From positions 1 to 52,529 of the forward strand of contig JBGATL010000001.1 in assembly GCA_044229215.1 (NCBI GenBank): DNA of 52,529 nucleotides. The letters are read 5' to 3'. Under the pieces are notes generated by a model. The model was given only the letters and a program-made list of their open reading frames with translations, did not search any database and had not been told where the DNA came from. The translations under genes were made by a program, and so were the position numbers. Positions 38,446 to 47,389 of the stretch are shown piece after piece (the first letter of the stretch is position 1; each line of letters begins with the position of its first letter). The stretch comes from Flavobacteriales bacterium. GTDB taxonomy: Bacteria; Bacteroidota; Bacteroidia; Flavobacteriales_F; PHOS-HE28.

Positions 38446-39789
38446 ATGGCCACCTGGATCGAGAACTGGAACCCCGAGGACAATGCCTTCTGGCGTGAGA
38501 AGGGCGAACGCGTTGCCTGGCGCACACTGTGGGTGACCACCACGGCGCTCACCCTTTCCTTCGCCACCTGGTTCATGATGAGCGCCATCGTGACCAAGCT
38601 GCCGGGGATCGGCTTCACCTTCACCACCGACCAGCTCTTCTGGCTGGCGGCCATGCCCGGGCTGGCCGGCGGCACGCTTCGCATCGTGCATACGTTCCTG
38701 ATCCCGCTCTACGGCACGCGCCACACCGTCACCTTCTCCACGCTCATCAAGCTCATCCCGGTGATCGGCATCGGGCTGGCCGTGATGGACCCGACGACGC
38801 CCTTCTGGGTGTTCATGGTGCTGGCCCTCACCGCGGGCTTCGGCGGTGGCGACTTCAGCAGTTACATGCCCAGCACCAACCTGTTCTTCCCCCGGCGGCT
38901 GAAGGGAACGGCCTTGGGCATCCAGGCCGGCATCGGCAATTTCGGGGTGAGCCTCGCGCAGTTCATGACGCCCCTGATGCTTGGCGTGGCGATGGTGGGC
39001 GCGCCGCAGGTCTTCAACAAGGTCGATCCGATCTCCAAGGCGGTGCTGGGCACCTCGGAGATCCACCTGCAGAGCGCCGCCTTCTGGTACGTGCCGCTGA
39101 TCCTGATCGTGACCGTGGCCTGCTGGTACTACCTGCGCAGCGTGCCGCTGAAGGCCTCCTTCCGCGAGCAGCTGGACATCTTCAAGCTCAAGCACACCTG
39201 GTATTGCACCATCATCTACTTCATGACCTTCGGCACCTTCGCCGGGCTGTCGGCCACCTTCCCCATGATGATGAAGACGCTGTACGGCGGCTTTCCCGGC
39301 GCGCCCGACCCGCTGACCTACGCGTTCTATGGCCCGCTCATCGGCTCGGCCAGCCGCGTGCTGTTCGGCTTCGTCGCCGACCGCACCGGCGGGGCCATCC
39401 TCACCACCATCACGGGCATCGGCCTCATCGCGGGATCGTTGCTGCTGGTGCTCCTGGGCCTGGTGGCGCCCACGTCCATGGAGCAGTTCCCCCTGTTCGT
39501 CGCGGTGATGTTCGGCATGTTCTTCTTCGCCGGCATCGGCAACGCCGCCACCTTCCGCCAGTTCCCCATCGTGTTCCAGCACAACCCCCGCCAGGCCGCG
39601 GGCGTGATCGGCTGGACCGCCGCTGTCGCTGCTTACGGCCCCTTCATCTTCTCCATGGTGATCGGTGCCGTGGTGGGCGCCACCACCAACGCGAACGCCT
39701 TCTTCTGGGGATTGCTGGTCTTCCTGCTGGCGGCCACCTGGGTGAACTGGAACTTCTACAACAAGAAGGGCTGTGCCTGCCCGTGTTGA
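38446..39789 (+). CDS. narK: MFS nitrate/nitrite antiporter NarK
   Basis: 447 aa. The E. coli NarK-like N-terminus is WNPEDNAFWREKGERVAWRTLWVTT. Nitrate signature motifs are AGGTLRIVHTFLIPLYGTR and GIQAGIGNFGVS. It starts 4 nt after the preceding transporter gene. Confidence 0.92.
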   Translation: MATWIENWNPEDNAFWREKGERVAWRTLWVTTTALTLSFATWFMMSAIVTKLPGIGFTFTTDQLFWLAAMPGLAGGTLRIVHTFLIPLYGTRHTVTFSTLIKLIPVIGIGLAVMDPTTPFWVFMVLALTAGFGGGDFSSYMPSTNLFFPRRLKGTALGIQAGIGNFGVSLAQFMTPLMLGVAMVGAPQVFNKVDPISKAVLGTSEIHLQSAAFWYVPLILIVTVACWYYLRSVPLKASFREQLDIFKLKHTWYCTIIYFMTFGTFAGLSATFPMMMKTLYGGFPGAPDPLTYAFYGPLIGSASRVLFGFVADRTGGAILTTITGIGLIAGSLLLVLLGLVAPTSMEQFPLFVAVMFGMFFFAGIGNAATFRQFPIVFQHNPRQAAGVIGWTAAVAAYGPFIFSMVIGAVVGATTNANAFFWGLLVFLLAATWVNWNFYNKKGCACPC

Positions 39790-39825
39790 AATCAGACCCA
39801 TCCGGGAGGATCAAAACCACGCACC

Positions 39826-40188
39826 ATGAGCAGCAAGAAGAAGGATGACCCGCCCAAGCCCTATGCACGGTTCAAGGATCGCTTTCCCCGGATCGCCGAA
39901 CGGTACGAGGCGTTGGGCGACGCCGTGCATGACCACGGCCCGCTGAACGACCGTGAACGAGCATTGCTGAAGCTGGCCATTTCCGGCAGCGCGGTGCTTG
40001 ACAGCGCGTTCAAGACCCACGTGCGCAAGGCACGCGCACTGGGCATCGGCCGCGCGGAGATCGAACATGTGGCCCTGCTCTTCCTGCCCACCCGCGGGCT
40101 CCCGGTGATGATGCGCGCGCTTCAACTGGTGGACGACATGTACAAGGAGGATCCGGGCCCGCGATCGGGAGGCCGGTCCAAGACCTGA
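39826..40188 (+). CDS. Carboxymuconolactone decarboxylase (AhpD-like) family protein, cysteine-free
   Basis: 120 aa. The CMD-family core is GPLNDRERALLKLAISGSAVLDSAFKTHVRKARALGIGRAEIEHVALL. It has no Cys, so it is not a CxxC AhpD-type reductase. Confidence 0.7.
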   Translation: MSSKKKDDPPKPYARFKDRFPRIAERYEALGDAVHDHGPLNDRERALLKLAISGSAVLDSAFKTHVRKARALGIGRAEIEHVALLFLPTRGLPVMMRALQLVDDMYKEDPGPRSGGRSKT

Positions 40189-40195
40189 ACCCATC

Positions 40196-41530
40196 ATGCG
40201 GACCATGAACGGACAAGCCACGCTGACGAACCTCTGCCTGTTCCTCCTCGCATTGGGAAGCGCGCCGGCGCGGGCCCAGTTCACCGTTGGAGGCCAGGTC
40301 CTTCAGCGCAGCGAGTTCCGCAACGGGTACGGCAGGCTGATCGATGACACGACGCAGACCCCGGCGTTCTTCATCGGCCATCGCGCGCGCATCCACGCGC
40401 TCTATCAACACGAGAAAGTGCGCTTCCACGTGAGCGTGCAGGACGTGCGACCCTGGGGCAGCACCGAGCAGGGGAAAGCAGCGGATGACTTCCTCTCCGT
40501 GCATGAAGCCTGGGGCGAACTGATCTTCAACCAGCAATGGAATCTGAAACTGGGCCGGCAGGAACTGGCCTACGACGGCAACCGCTTTCTGGGCGGCGCG
40601 GATTGGGCGCTGCCGGGGCGGGCGCACGACTTCGCGCTCCTGCGGTACGAGAAGGGAAAGACCAAGCTGCATGCGGGAGGTGGTTACAACGTGGCCGCCG
40701 AAAGCCTCACCGACCAGCCTTACACCGTTCCCAAGCAATACAAGACCGCGCAGATGCTGCGGCTGGAACAGCAATGGGGCGCGTTCACCGTGAGCGCCTT
40801 CCTATGGAACAACGGACTGGAACAGCAACAGCTCGACAGCCTTGGCGAGGTGACCAAGCGCACCATGCGCTACTCGCAGACCTTCGGTCTGCCCACCATC
40901 AAGTACGAACGCAAGCGGTTCATGGCCAACGCGTACGGCTACTTCCAAGTGGGCCAGGACCGGTCGGGCAACGATATGCAGGCCTATGATGCCAGCGCGT
41001 GGGTCACCTACACCGTGCCGATGGACACGACCAAGGGATCCGCCTTCCGGATGACGCTGGGTGCTGAAGTGCTTTCAGGCACGGCGCAGGATGCCACGGA
41101 CAAGGTGAACCGGTCCTACGCCCCGCTCTATGGCACCGCTCACGCCTTCAATGGATACATGGACCACTTCTATGTTGACGGTCGATGGGGGAACAGCGTG
41201 GGTCTGACGGACATCTTCCTGCGTTTGCGGTACGACATCGACAAGCGCACGTTGCTCTCGATGAACCTGCACGAGTTCCAGGCCGCGGCCGATGTGATCA
41301 AGAACGGCGAACGCCTCGACCCCCGGTTGGGCAACGAGGTCGACCTGAGCGTGGTACACCTGCTCAACGATGTGGTCGCACTGCAGTTCGGCTATTCCCA
41401 GTTGTTCGCCACCGGAACACTGGAACACATGGAAGGCGTGATCGATCCGGCTGCCTTGCAGAACTGGGCCTATGCCGCGGTGTATTACCGGCCGGGCATG
41501 AAGAGCCGTTATGCGGGGCTGGCCTTCTGA
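40196..41530 (+). CDS. Alginate-export-family outer-membrane porin
   Basis: 444 aa. Signal peptide ending APARAQ. The family-typical start is FTVGGQVLQRSEFRNGYGRL, followed by GRQELAYDGNRFLGGADWALPGRAHD. The strands are beta-barrel-like and the C-terminal residue is aromatic (AGLAF). Confidence 0.8.
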   Translation: MRTMNGQATLTNLCLFLLALGSAPARAQFTVGGQVLQRSEFRNGYGRLIDDTTQTPAFFIGHRARIHALYQHEKVRFHVSVQDVRPWGSTEQGKAADDFLSVHEAWGELIFNQQWNLKLGRQELAYDGNRFLGGADWALPGRAHDFALLRYEKGKTKLHAGGGYNVAAESLTDQPYTVPKQYKTAQMLRLEQQWGAFTVSAFLWNNGLEQQQLDSLGEVTKRTMRYSQTFGLPTIKYERKRFMANAYGYFQVGQDRSGNDMQAYDASAWVTYTVPMDTTKGSAFRMTLGAEVLSGTAQDATDKVNRSYAPLYGTAHAFNGYMDHFYVDGRWGNSVGLTDIFLRLRYDIDKRTLLSMNLHEFQAAADVIKNGERLDPRLGNEVDLSVVHLLNDVVALQFGYSQLFATGTLEHMEGVIDPAALQNWAYAAVYYRPGMKSRYAGLAF

Positions 41531-41582
41531 GAGCCTATTGGGGACCTCTTGAACGAAGGACCTCGAGACTATTCTCCGATCA

Positions 41583-41660
41583 GGCGCAGCCGGAAGATCA
41601 TTGCGTAGCAGCCTCCTGCGCGCCATAGCCGCTTCGGCGGCGGAGCGTACCGACGGGATC
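41583..41660. repeat. Mosaic copy of the intergenic repeat family
   Basis: ggcgcagccggaagatcatt (41583-41602) resembles 18808-18828. gatcattgcgtagc (41596-41609) matches the reverse complement of 11241-11254 at 13 of 14 positions. cgacgggatc (41651-41660) is the exact reverse complement of 11251-11260. Confidence 0.5.
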
Positions 41661-41922
41661 ATTTTCCGGCGAAACATGGGCGGAAAAGAGGCCGAGGGAC
41701 GAGTTTGAAGTGATCCCAAACAGGAGGGCTATCCGGCTCGGATCAACAGATGGCGGGACTTTCCTGATCCAGCAGCCACGAACGATCCATGTCCTTTTCT
41801 CCGTTCCTGATGTCGGCACCGAAGTGCGGCCCCTCATCAGCTGGTGTGGGGTGCTTCCGAGGTGGGGCAGGACCCCGTCGTCCCGGCCCTACCCTTCGCT
41901 CGACCAGGTCGACGCACAGGCC

Positions 41923-42489
41923 CTATGCCGCATCCGCAGCACCGCGCGCCGCCCGCAGGCCGCTGTTGCGCTGCACCCGCTTGCTCTCCTCCGTTACGAT
42001 CCAGCCCTCGACGTTGGATGCGAACTTGCCGAGTTCCTTTCCCTTCGTGCTGACCAGCGAGGTCTTCGTCAGGAGAACAGCCAAGAGGGCGCAGGCCAGG
42101 AACGCCGCCGAGAAAATGTATCCATGCGTCTGGTATTCCGTGCCACCAAGCACCAGGATGCTCAGCAGCATGACGATCAGTCCGATCGGGATGAGCGTGC
42201 CGTAATACATGCTGCGCGCCAAACGGAACTGGCTCTTGATGTCCACGGTCACCTCGATGGTCGTGCGATCGCGGCCCTCCTTGATCCGGCCCTGTATGGG
42301 AGGGAATGAGCTCATCGGACCGTATTGCACGTTCATGATGCTGAACGAGTCCGGTTTCACCTCGCCATAATAGGTCGCATGTGGCGTGGTCTGTAGTTGG
42401 GCGAAGTCGGTGATCGTGATGGACCTCAACCGACGGACCAGTTCCTCGGGGGTCAGTCGGGTTTCTACGATGTTGCTGTTGGTGTTCAT
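41923..42489 (-). CDS. Hypothetical membrane protein coupled to the TDT-family channel gene
   Basis: This is the last 188 codons of ORF 41923..42927, starting [21 protein letters not shown]. The ATG at 42489 overlaps the upstream stop as ATGA. A soluble N-domain is followed by two TM helices ([37 protein letters not shown]). Confidence 0.55.
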   Translation of the reverse strand: MNTNSNIVETRLTPEELVRRLRSITITDFAQLQTTPHATYYGEVKPDSFSIMNVQYGPMSSFPPIQGRIKEGRDRTTIEVTVDIKSQFRLARSMYYGTLIPIGLIVMLLSILVLGGTEYQTHGYIFSAAFLACALLAVLLTKTSLVSTKGKELGKFASNVEGWIVTEESKRVQRNSGLRAARGAADAA

Positions 42490-43586
42490 GTTCCTGTGTT
42501 CAGGGGGTTGACGATCGATGTGTTCCTGAGCCCTCCGACCAATCGAAGGAGAGATCTTTGGATGAACCCGCCCATGGTCACCGTCCATGCGAACAAGGCG
42601 ACATAGACCGCAGCGGCGGGTATGATGTGCAGGAATTGCAGGTCGGCGGCCTGGGCCAGGCGGAAAGTGCAGACCGTGTACATGCCCATCGGGAAGACCA
42701 TTCCCCAGTATTGCGGATGGTAGCGCATGGGGATCAGCTGGTAGAAATGCCGCCAAGCGCCCAGGATCACGATCAAGGGGATCCACCACGTGCCGGTAGC
42801 CCAGAACATCAGCGTGAAGCCCAGGAGGAAAGGGCGCAATGGACCCAGCAGCGCGGACCCTTGTGCGTTCAACAGGAGAACGGAACCTGCCAGCGTGATG
42901 ATGGCCACCGCGCCCATGTTGATCCAATAGGGCGGTGCGAACTCCTCAGCCCGCAGTTCGAAGAAGGTGAGCCGGTAGAAAATGAGCGTGATGATGATGA
43001 GGTACAGCACGCAACCGACCAGGAAGAGGGAGAGTGACAGGAACTGGAGCACATCCGCCGCACGGGGCAGGTGGGGCACCAGCTGGACACCCAGGATCGC
43101 GATGGACTGGGTTGCTACCACCATGAGCAGCCAGATGCCGTTCATCCCCTTCTCCAGCGACGGCTTGCCATGCTTCACGGTGATCATGACGAAGAAGAAA
43201 TAGATCAGGACGGTCCACAGCAGCAGGCCGCCATAGAACAGGAGTTCCGCCATCCGGAAGTTCCCATCGATGATCACGAACTGACTCCCGAGCACGTTGG
43301 TCCCGGCCACGATGGTGAGGAACCCGGGGCTGCGGGCATGGTCGGAGATGTCCGCCATGAACCGTGGCCAGAAGAAGGCAAGGCGTGCGACCAGCAGGAA
43401 CCAGAGGAAGCAGTAGATGGCGATGTTCAACCGGAACAACGCCTCGCCGACGTACGGCAGTCCGAGCAGATGGCATGCCGTGGAGACGATCCCGGTGGCC
43501 ATAACCAAGGCGAAGTAGCTCGGGAACAGGTCCGCGACCAGTTCCTTCACATGTTCCAAGAGGATATTGGCGAAGGGGCGAAGCAT
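42486..43586 (-). CDS. TDT-family (TehA/Mae1/SLAC1-like) anion channel/transporter
   Basis: 366 aa with about 10 TM helices. The family-typical start is [17 protein letters not shown], followed by [15 protein letters not shown] and [13 protein letters not shown]. Confidence 0.8.
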   Translation of the reverse strand: MLRPFANILLEHVKELVADLFPSYFALVMATGIVSTACHLLGLPYVGEALFRLNIAIYCFLWFLLVARLAFFWPRFMADISDHARSPGFLTIVAGTNVLGSQFVIIDGNFRMAELLFYGGLLLWTVLIYFFFVMITVKHGKPSLEKGMNGIWLLMVVATQSIAILGVQLVPHLPRAADVLQFLSLSLFLVGCVLYLIIITLIFYRLTFFELRAEEFAPPYWINMGAVAIITLAGSVLLLNAQGSALLGPLRPFLLGFTLMFWATGTWWIPLIVILGAWRHFYQLIPMRYHPQYWGMVFPMGMYTVCTFRLAQAADLQFLHIIPAAAVYVALFAWTVTMGGFIQRSLLRLVGGLRNTSIVNPLNTGT

Positions 43587-43780
43587 GATATCGCCCCAAA
43601 AGTCCGACCCGGGTCTTAAAACGGGGTTAATATGGCCTTAAACAACATTAATTCTTGGTGGACCGAGAGCCAGCACGGCCTTGCCTGCAGACCGGGCGGA
43701 AGAGTGGATGTAGTTTTAGCGACCTTCAGGACCCGGCGGACCCGGTCCGCGCGGAGCATCGGAATGGATCGTACCCTGTG

Positions 43781-44479
43781 ATGGAGCATCCCACGGTTCT
43801 CATTGTCGAAGATGACGCACGGGTGTTGCAGTTCATCAAGCAAGGCCTGGAGGAGAACGGCTTCAAGGTGGTCGTCGCACAGGATGGGGAGTCCGGCTGG
43901 AAGCTGGCGCGCGCCCAAGCGTATGATGCCGTGGTCCTGGATGTCATGCTTCCCAGGATGAGGGGCTCCGAGCTGTGCAGGCGGATCAGGGAGCATGATG
44001 CCGGTGCGCGCATCCTGATGCTCACCGCGCTGGGCACGCTGAACGACAAGCTCGACGGCTTCAAGGCGGGAGCCGATGACTACCTGGTCAAGCCGTTCGA
44101 TTTCCGGGAACTGCTGGCCAGGATCCGGTCGCTCCTGCGGAGACCCGCCCCGGGCCACGAGGATGCCCACGGGGCGGACCACATCATCCGGGTGGCCGAC
44201 ATGGAGCTGAACACGCACAACAAGCGGGTGAAGCGGGGCGGCAAGGAGATCCGGCTCACCGCCAAGGAATACGCGCTGCTGGAGCTGCTCGCCGTGAACA
44301 GGAACCGTGTGCTGAGCAAGGCGGAGATCGCCGAGAAGGTCTGGAACATCCGGTTCGATTCGGGCACGAACGTGATCGAAGTGTACATGAACTTCCTGCG
44401 GAAGAAGATCGACAGCGGCTTCGAGGTGAAGCTGCTGCACACCTTGGTGGGCATGGGCTACATGATGAAGAACACCTGA
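43781..44479 (+). CDS. OmpR-family response regulator
   Basis: ORF 43655..44479 trimmed to the ATG at 43781 (MEHPTVLIVEDDARV). The receiver has DAVVLDVMLP and ADDYLVKPF. The winged-helix output has LTAKEYALLELLAVNRNRVLSKAEI and LHTLVGMGY. Confidence 0.92.
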   Translation: MEHPTVLIVEDDARVLQFIKQGLEENGFKVVVAQDGESGWKLARAQAYDAVVLDVMLPRMRGSELCRRIREHDAGARILMLTALGTLNDKLDGFKAGADDYLVKPFDFRELLARIRSLLRRPAPGHEDAHGADHIIRVADMELNTHNKRVKRGGKEIRLTAKEYALLELLAVNRNRVLSKAEIAEKVWNIRFDSGTNVIEVYMNFLRKKIDSGFEVKLLHTLVGMGYMMKNT

Positions 44480-44483
44480 GCCC

Positions 44484-45854
44484 ATGCGGATCCGGACGCG
44501 CTTCACTCTGCTTTTCGCGGGGATCGTGGGCATCATCCTGTTCTTCTTCTCCCTGTCGATCCACTACCTGTCGGAAACGCACCGGCTGGAGGATTTCCGC
44601 TCGCGCCTGGAGTACCGCGGGGTCACCAAGCTCCGGTCGCTGCTGGCCGCGGACGGAGGCGTGGACGACCGCCCGGCGATCGCGGGCGCGGATGCGACGC
44701 CGCAGGCGATCACCGATCTGGGCTTTCTGATCATCGACCCACGGGGCGAGGTGATCCACCGCGATACCGTCGTACCGGTACCCGCGCAGGAAGACATCGC
44801 GTCGATCAGGTCAGGGGAGGTCCTGTGGATGTCGGCCTCCGAAAGCGAGCGCGTCGGGTTCCTCCACATGCATCAGGGAGGGCAATACGTGATCCTGGCC
44901 CAGGGCCATGACAAGCTGGGCAGGAGCTACATGGCGAACCTGAAGCGGATCCTGATCTTCCGTGGACTGATCCTCCTTCTGATCATCTTCATCAGCGGGT
45001 GGCTGTTCGCCGGTCGTTTCCTGAAACCGATCTCGGACATCGTCGGACAGGCGAACCTGATCACCTACAGGAACATGGATCAGCGATTGCGGGGTACCGG
45101 TACGGACGATGAGATCGGCCGACTGATCTCGACCTTCAACAGCATGCTCGACCGGCTGGAGGTGTCCTTCAACGCGCAGAAGAAGTTCGTATCGAACGCC
45201 TCGCACGAGCTGCGCAATCCGCTGGCCGCGATCAAAGGCCATGTCGATGTGGCACTGCAAAAGGACCGTGACAACGAGGACTACCGGGAGGTACTGAGAG
45301 GAGTGTCGATGGACATCGCCCGGATGCGGACCCTTACCGACCACTTGCTTGAACTGGCGAACAGCGATGAAGGACTGGCCCAGCACTTCAAGGAAGTTCG
45401 CATCGACGACCTGCTCTGGAACGCACGGGAGGAGATGTTGCGCCAGCATCCTGACCACACGGTGACGGTGCACTTCGGTCACCTGATGGACAGCGATCGC
45501 GGCATCACCTGCAAGGGCGATCCCGACCTGCTGGGCACCGCGTTCATGAACCTCATGGACAACGCCTGCAAGTTCTCGGAGGACAGGGCGGTGGAAGTGA
45601 GGATCACCGCGGAGAACGGGTCCATCCGGCTCCTGTTCATTGACAACGGGATCGGGATCGCGGAATCCGACCTCAGGCACGTGTACGACCCGTTCTTCCG
45701 CGGAGGCAACACGGGAGACTTCCACGGCCACGGGATCGGCCTTTCCCTGGTACAGCGGATCATCAAGCTGCACGGGGGGCGCACCCGGATCCGGAGCAAG
45801 GTGAGCGAAGGCACAACGGTCGAGCTGACGCTGCCGAACCTGAGCGGGGCATGA
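44484..45854 (+). CDS. Sensor histidine kinase (two TM helices, HAMP, HisKA, HATPase_c)
   Basis: 456 aa. H-box SHELRNPLAAIKG, N-box MNLMDNACKFS, G-boxes DNGIGI and GHGIGLSLV. It starts 4 nt after the response-regulator stop. Confidence 0.92.
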   Translation: MRIRTRFTLLFAGIVGIILFFFSLSIHYLSETHRLEDFRSRLEYRGVTKLRSLLAADGGVDDRPAIAGADATPQAITDLGFLIIDPRGEVIHRDTVVPVPAQEDIASIRSGEVLWMSASESERVGFLHMHQGGQYVILAQGHDKLGRSYMANLKRILIFRGLILLLIIFISGWLFAGRFLKPISDIVGQANLITYRNMDQRLRGTGTDDEIGRLISTFNSMLDRLEVSFNAQKKFVSNASHELRNPLAAIKGHVDVALQKDRDNEDYREVLRGVSMDIARMRTLTDHLLELANSDEGLAQHFKEVRIDDLLWNAREEMLRQHPDHTVTVHFGHLMDSDRGITCKGDPDLLGTAFMNLMDNACKFSEDRAVEVRITAENGSIRLLFIDNGIGIAESDLRHVYDPFFRGGNTGDFHGHGIGLSLVQRIIKLHGGRTRIRSKVSEGTTVELTLPNLSGA

Positions 45855-45993
45855 GGTGGCCGAACACGCGAGGGGTGAGGAAAGGCCACGTCATCAAGAC
45901 CATCGCGACACTTGTGCCCCGGATAGCTTGGGCGCATGCCCGCCCGGAACGGATACTGCCCGATAAGGCACCTGTCGCGATCGGCAACCCCGA

Positions 45994-46707
45994 TCAGGGC
46001 AGCTCGAACCGCGTTTCCCAAGCGGCTCCGGACGCCACGTTCTCCACTTCCACCCGCAGGAACTCGTCCTTCTCCTCGCGGACCAGGTTGCGCTTGCGCA
46101 CGATGTTCTCCCCGGCCCGGCCTTCAACGGTACCACCGCCTTCGATCCGGTCGCCGATGCGCGGAAGGAAGGGAAAGCGCAGGGTAAGTACCTCGTCCTC
46201 GGTACGGGCCAAGCGCACGCCCTCGTGGAAGAGGACCTCCTCGAATTTTCCGAAGGCCACTTCCTCGTTCATCTCATCCAGTGCCTTGGCGTCCAGTTGC
46301 AACACCCATGCGCTGAAAGCGGCCAGGACTTGCTCGCGCAGCTTGTCGTGCATATGCGCAGGGAATGGTGAGCGAACGTGGCCATGATCGGTGAACCAAT
46401 AGGTGAAGGTCTGCTGTACCATGGCGCTGGCGCGTAACTGGTCCAGGGTGAGCATACTGATATCGGGCTTCTGCATACGGAACCGGTTCGATGGTACCGA
46501 TCGAAAGTACACGGCTTCCGCATTCCGGTATCTGACGTCCGTCACGTATCCCATCAAGGTGCCTTTGGCGGAAAGGACCGAATAGCGGTCCGATCGGCCC
46601 ATGCCGATGTTCTGATGATCGACGTGCGGTCGGGGGTCCCGGACGCACATGATCACTTCAATGACCCCCGAAGAGCCGGAGCGGATCCTTGATCCATGAA
46701 GGTACAC
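45994..46707 (-). CDS. Hypothetical protein (start uncertain)
   Basis: 237-codon ORF starting at a GTG (46707). Internal ATG candidates are at MGYVTDV and MQKPDISML. The acidic helical C-terminal half reads plausibly as protein (ALDEMNEEVAFGKFEEVLFHEGVRLARTEDEVLTLRFPFLPRIGDRIE). No family recognised. Confidence 0.4.
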   Translation of the reverse strand: MYLHGSRIRSGSSGVIEVIMCVRDPRPHVDHQNIGMGRSDRYSVLSAKGTLMGYVTDVRYRNAEAVYFRSVPSNRFRMQKPDISMLTLDQLRASAMVQQTFTYWFTDHGHVRSPFPAHMHDKLREQVLAAFSAWVLQLDAKALDEMNEEVAFGKFEEVLFHEGVRLARTEDEVLTLRFPFLPRIGDRIEGGGTVEGRAGENIVRKRNLVREEKDEFLRVEVENVASGAAWETRFELP

Positions 46708-46896
46708 GCTTACCCCGATCCCTTCGGCTCAAGGCATGGTCGGCGAGGCGTATCCTCATGCCGGCTCAACTCCCGAACCGACCGGCGGTCCTGATACCAA
46801 TCAGCACTCGACATCGTTGGCAGGGACCGCGGATCCCCCCGGACCGATATCGTCCGTGAGAAGTATCAGGTCGGACCCTCCGTTCCGATTTTTAGT

Positions 46897-46904
46897 TACA
46901 TTTG
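46897..46904 (+). promoter_or_regulatory. Bacteroidota-type -7 promoter element TACATTTG for the marR-RND operon
   Basis: Exact TAnnTTTG match 23 nt upstream of the ATG at 46928. It is the same octamer as in front of the protoglobin gene. Confidence 0.5.
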
Positions 46905-46927
46905 CAACCGTTTCGTTCGGAACCATC

Positions 46928-47389
46928 ATGCACCCATCCTCCATAGGCTATTGGTCATCGGTCATCGCCCATCAGTACTTCGCCCGGCTACAGGAGAAGC
47001 TCGCGCACCTGGACATCACGCAGTGGTTCTACGTGCTGCTCACCATTGAGGAGGGACGGGGAAGGTTGAGCCAGCAAGAACTCGCGGACAAGCTGCGGCT
47101 GGACAAGGTGACCATGACGCGCGCGATCGACCACCTGTGCGAAAAGGGCCATGTGGAGCGATGCGACTGCGCGGTTGACCGGCGCAAACACCTGGTGAAG
47201 CTCACGCCCCAAGCGAGACCTGCGTTGAAGGCCATCCGTGCGGCCTACGATGAATTGAACAACGAGGCGCTCGCCGGCTTGACGAAAGCCGATCGCGACG
47301 CATTCATGACGCACCTGATGCTGGTGGTGGACAACCTCAGTGAAATGGATACCCCCGCGGCCATCACGAACAAACGCGTACACGCATGA
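46928..47389 (+). CDS. MarR-family transcriptional regulator
   Basis: ORF 46736..47389 trimmed to the ATG at 46928 (MHPSSIGYWSSVIAHQYF). The winged HTH is LSQQELADKLRLDKVTMTRAIDHLCEKGHVER...DRRKHLVKLT. Its stop overlaps the MFP start as ATGA. Confidence 0.85.
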   Translation: MHPSSIGYWSSVIAHQYFARLQEKLAHLDITQWFYVLLTIEEGRGRLSQQELADKLRLDKVTMTRAIDHLCEKGHVERCDCAVDRRKHLVKLTPQARPALKAIRAAYDELNNEALAGLTKADRDAFMTHLMLVVDNLSEMDTPAAITNKRVHA

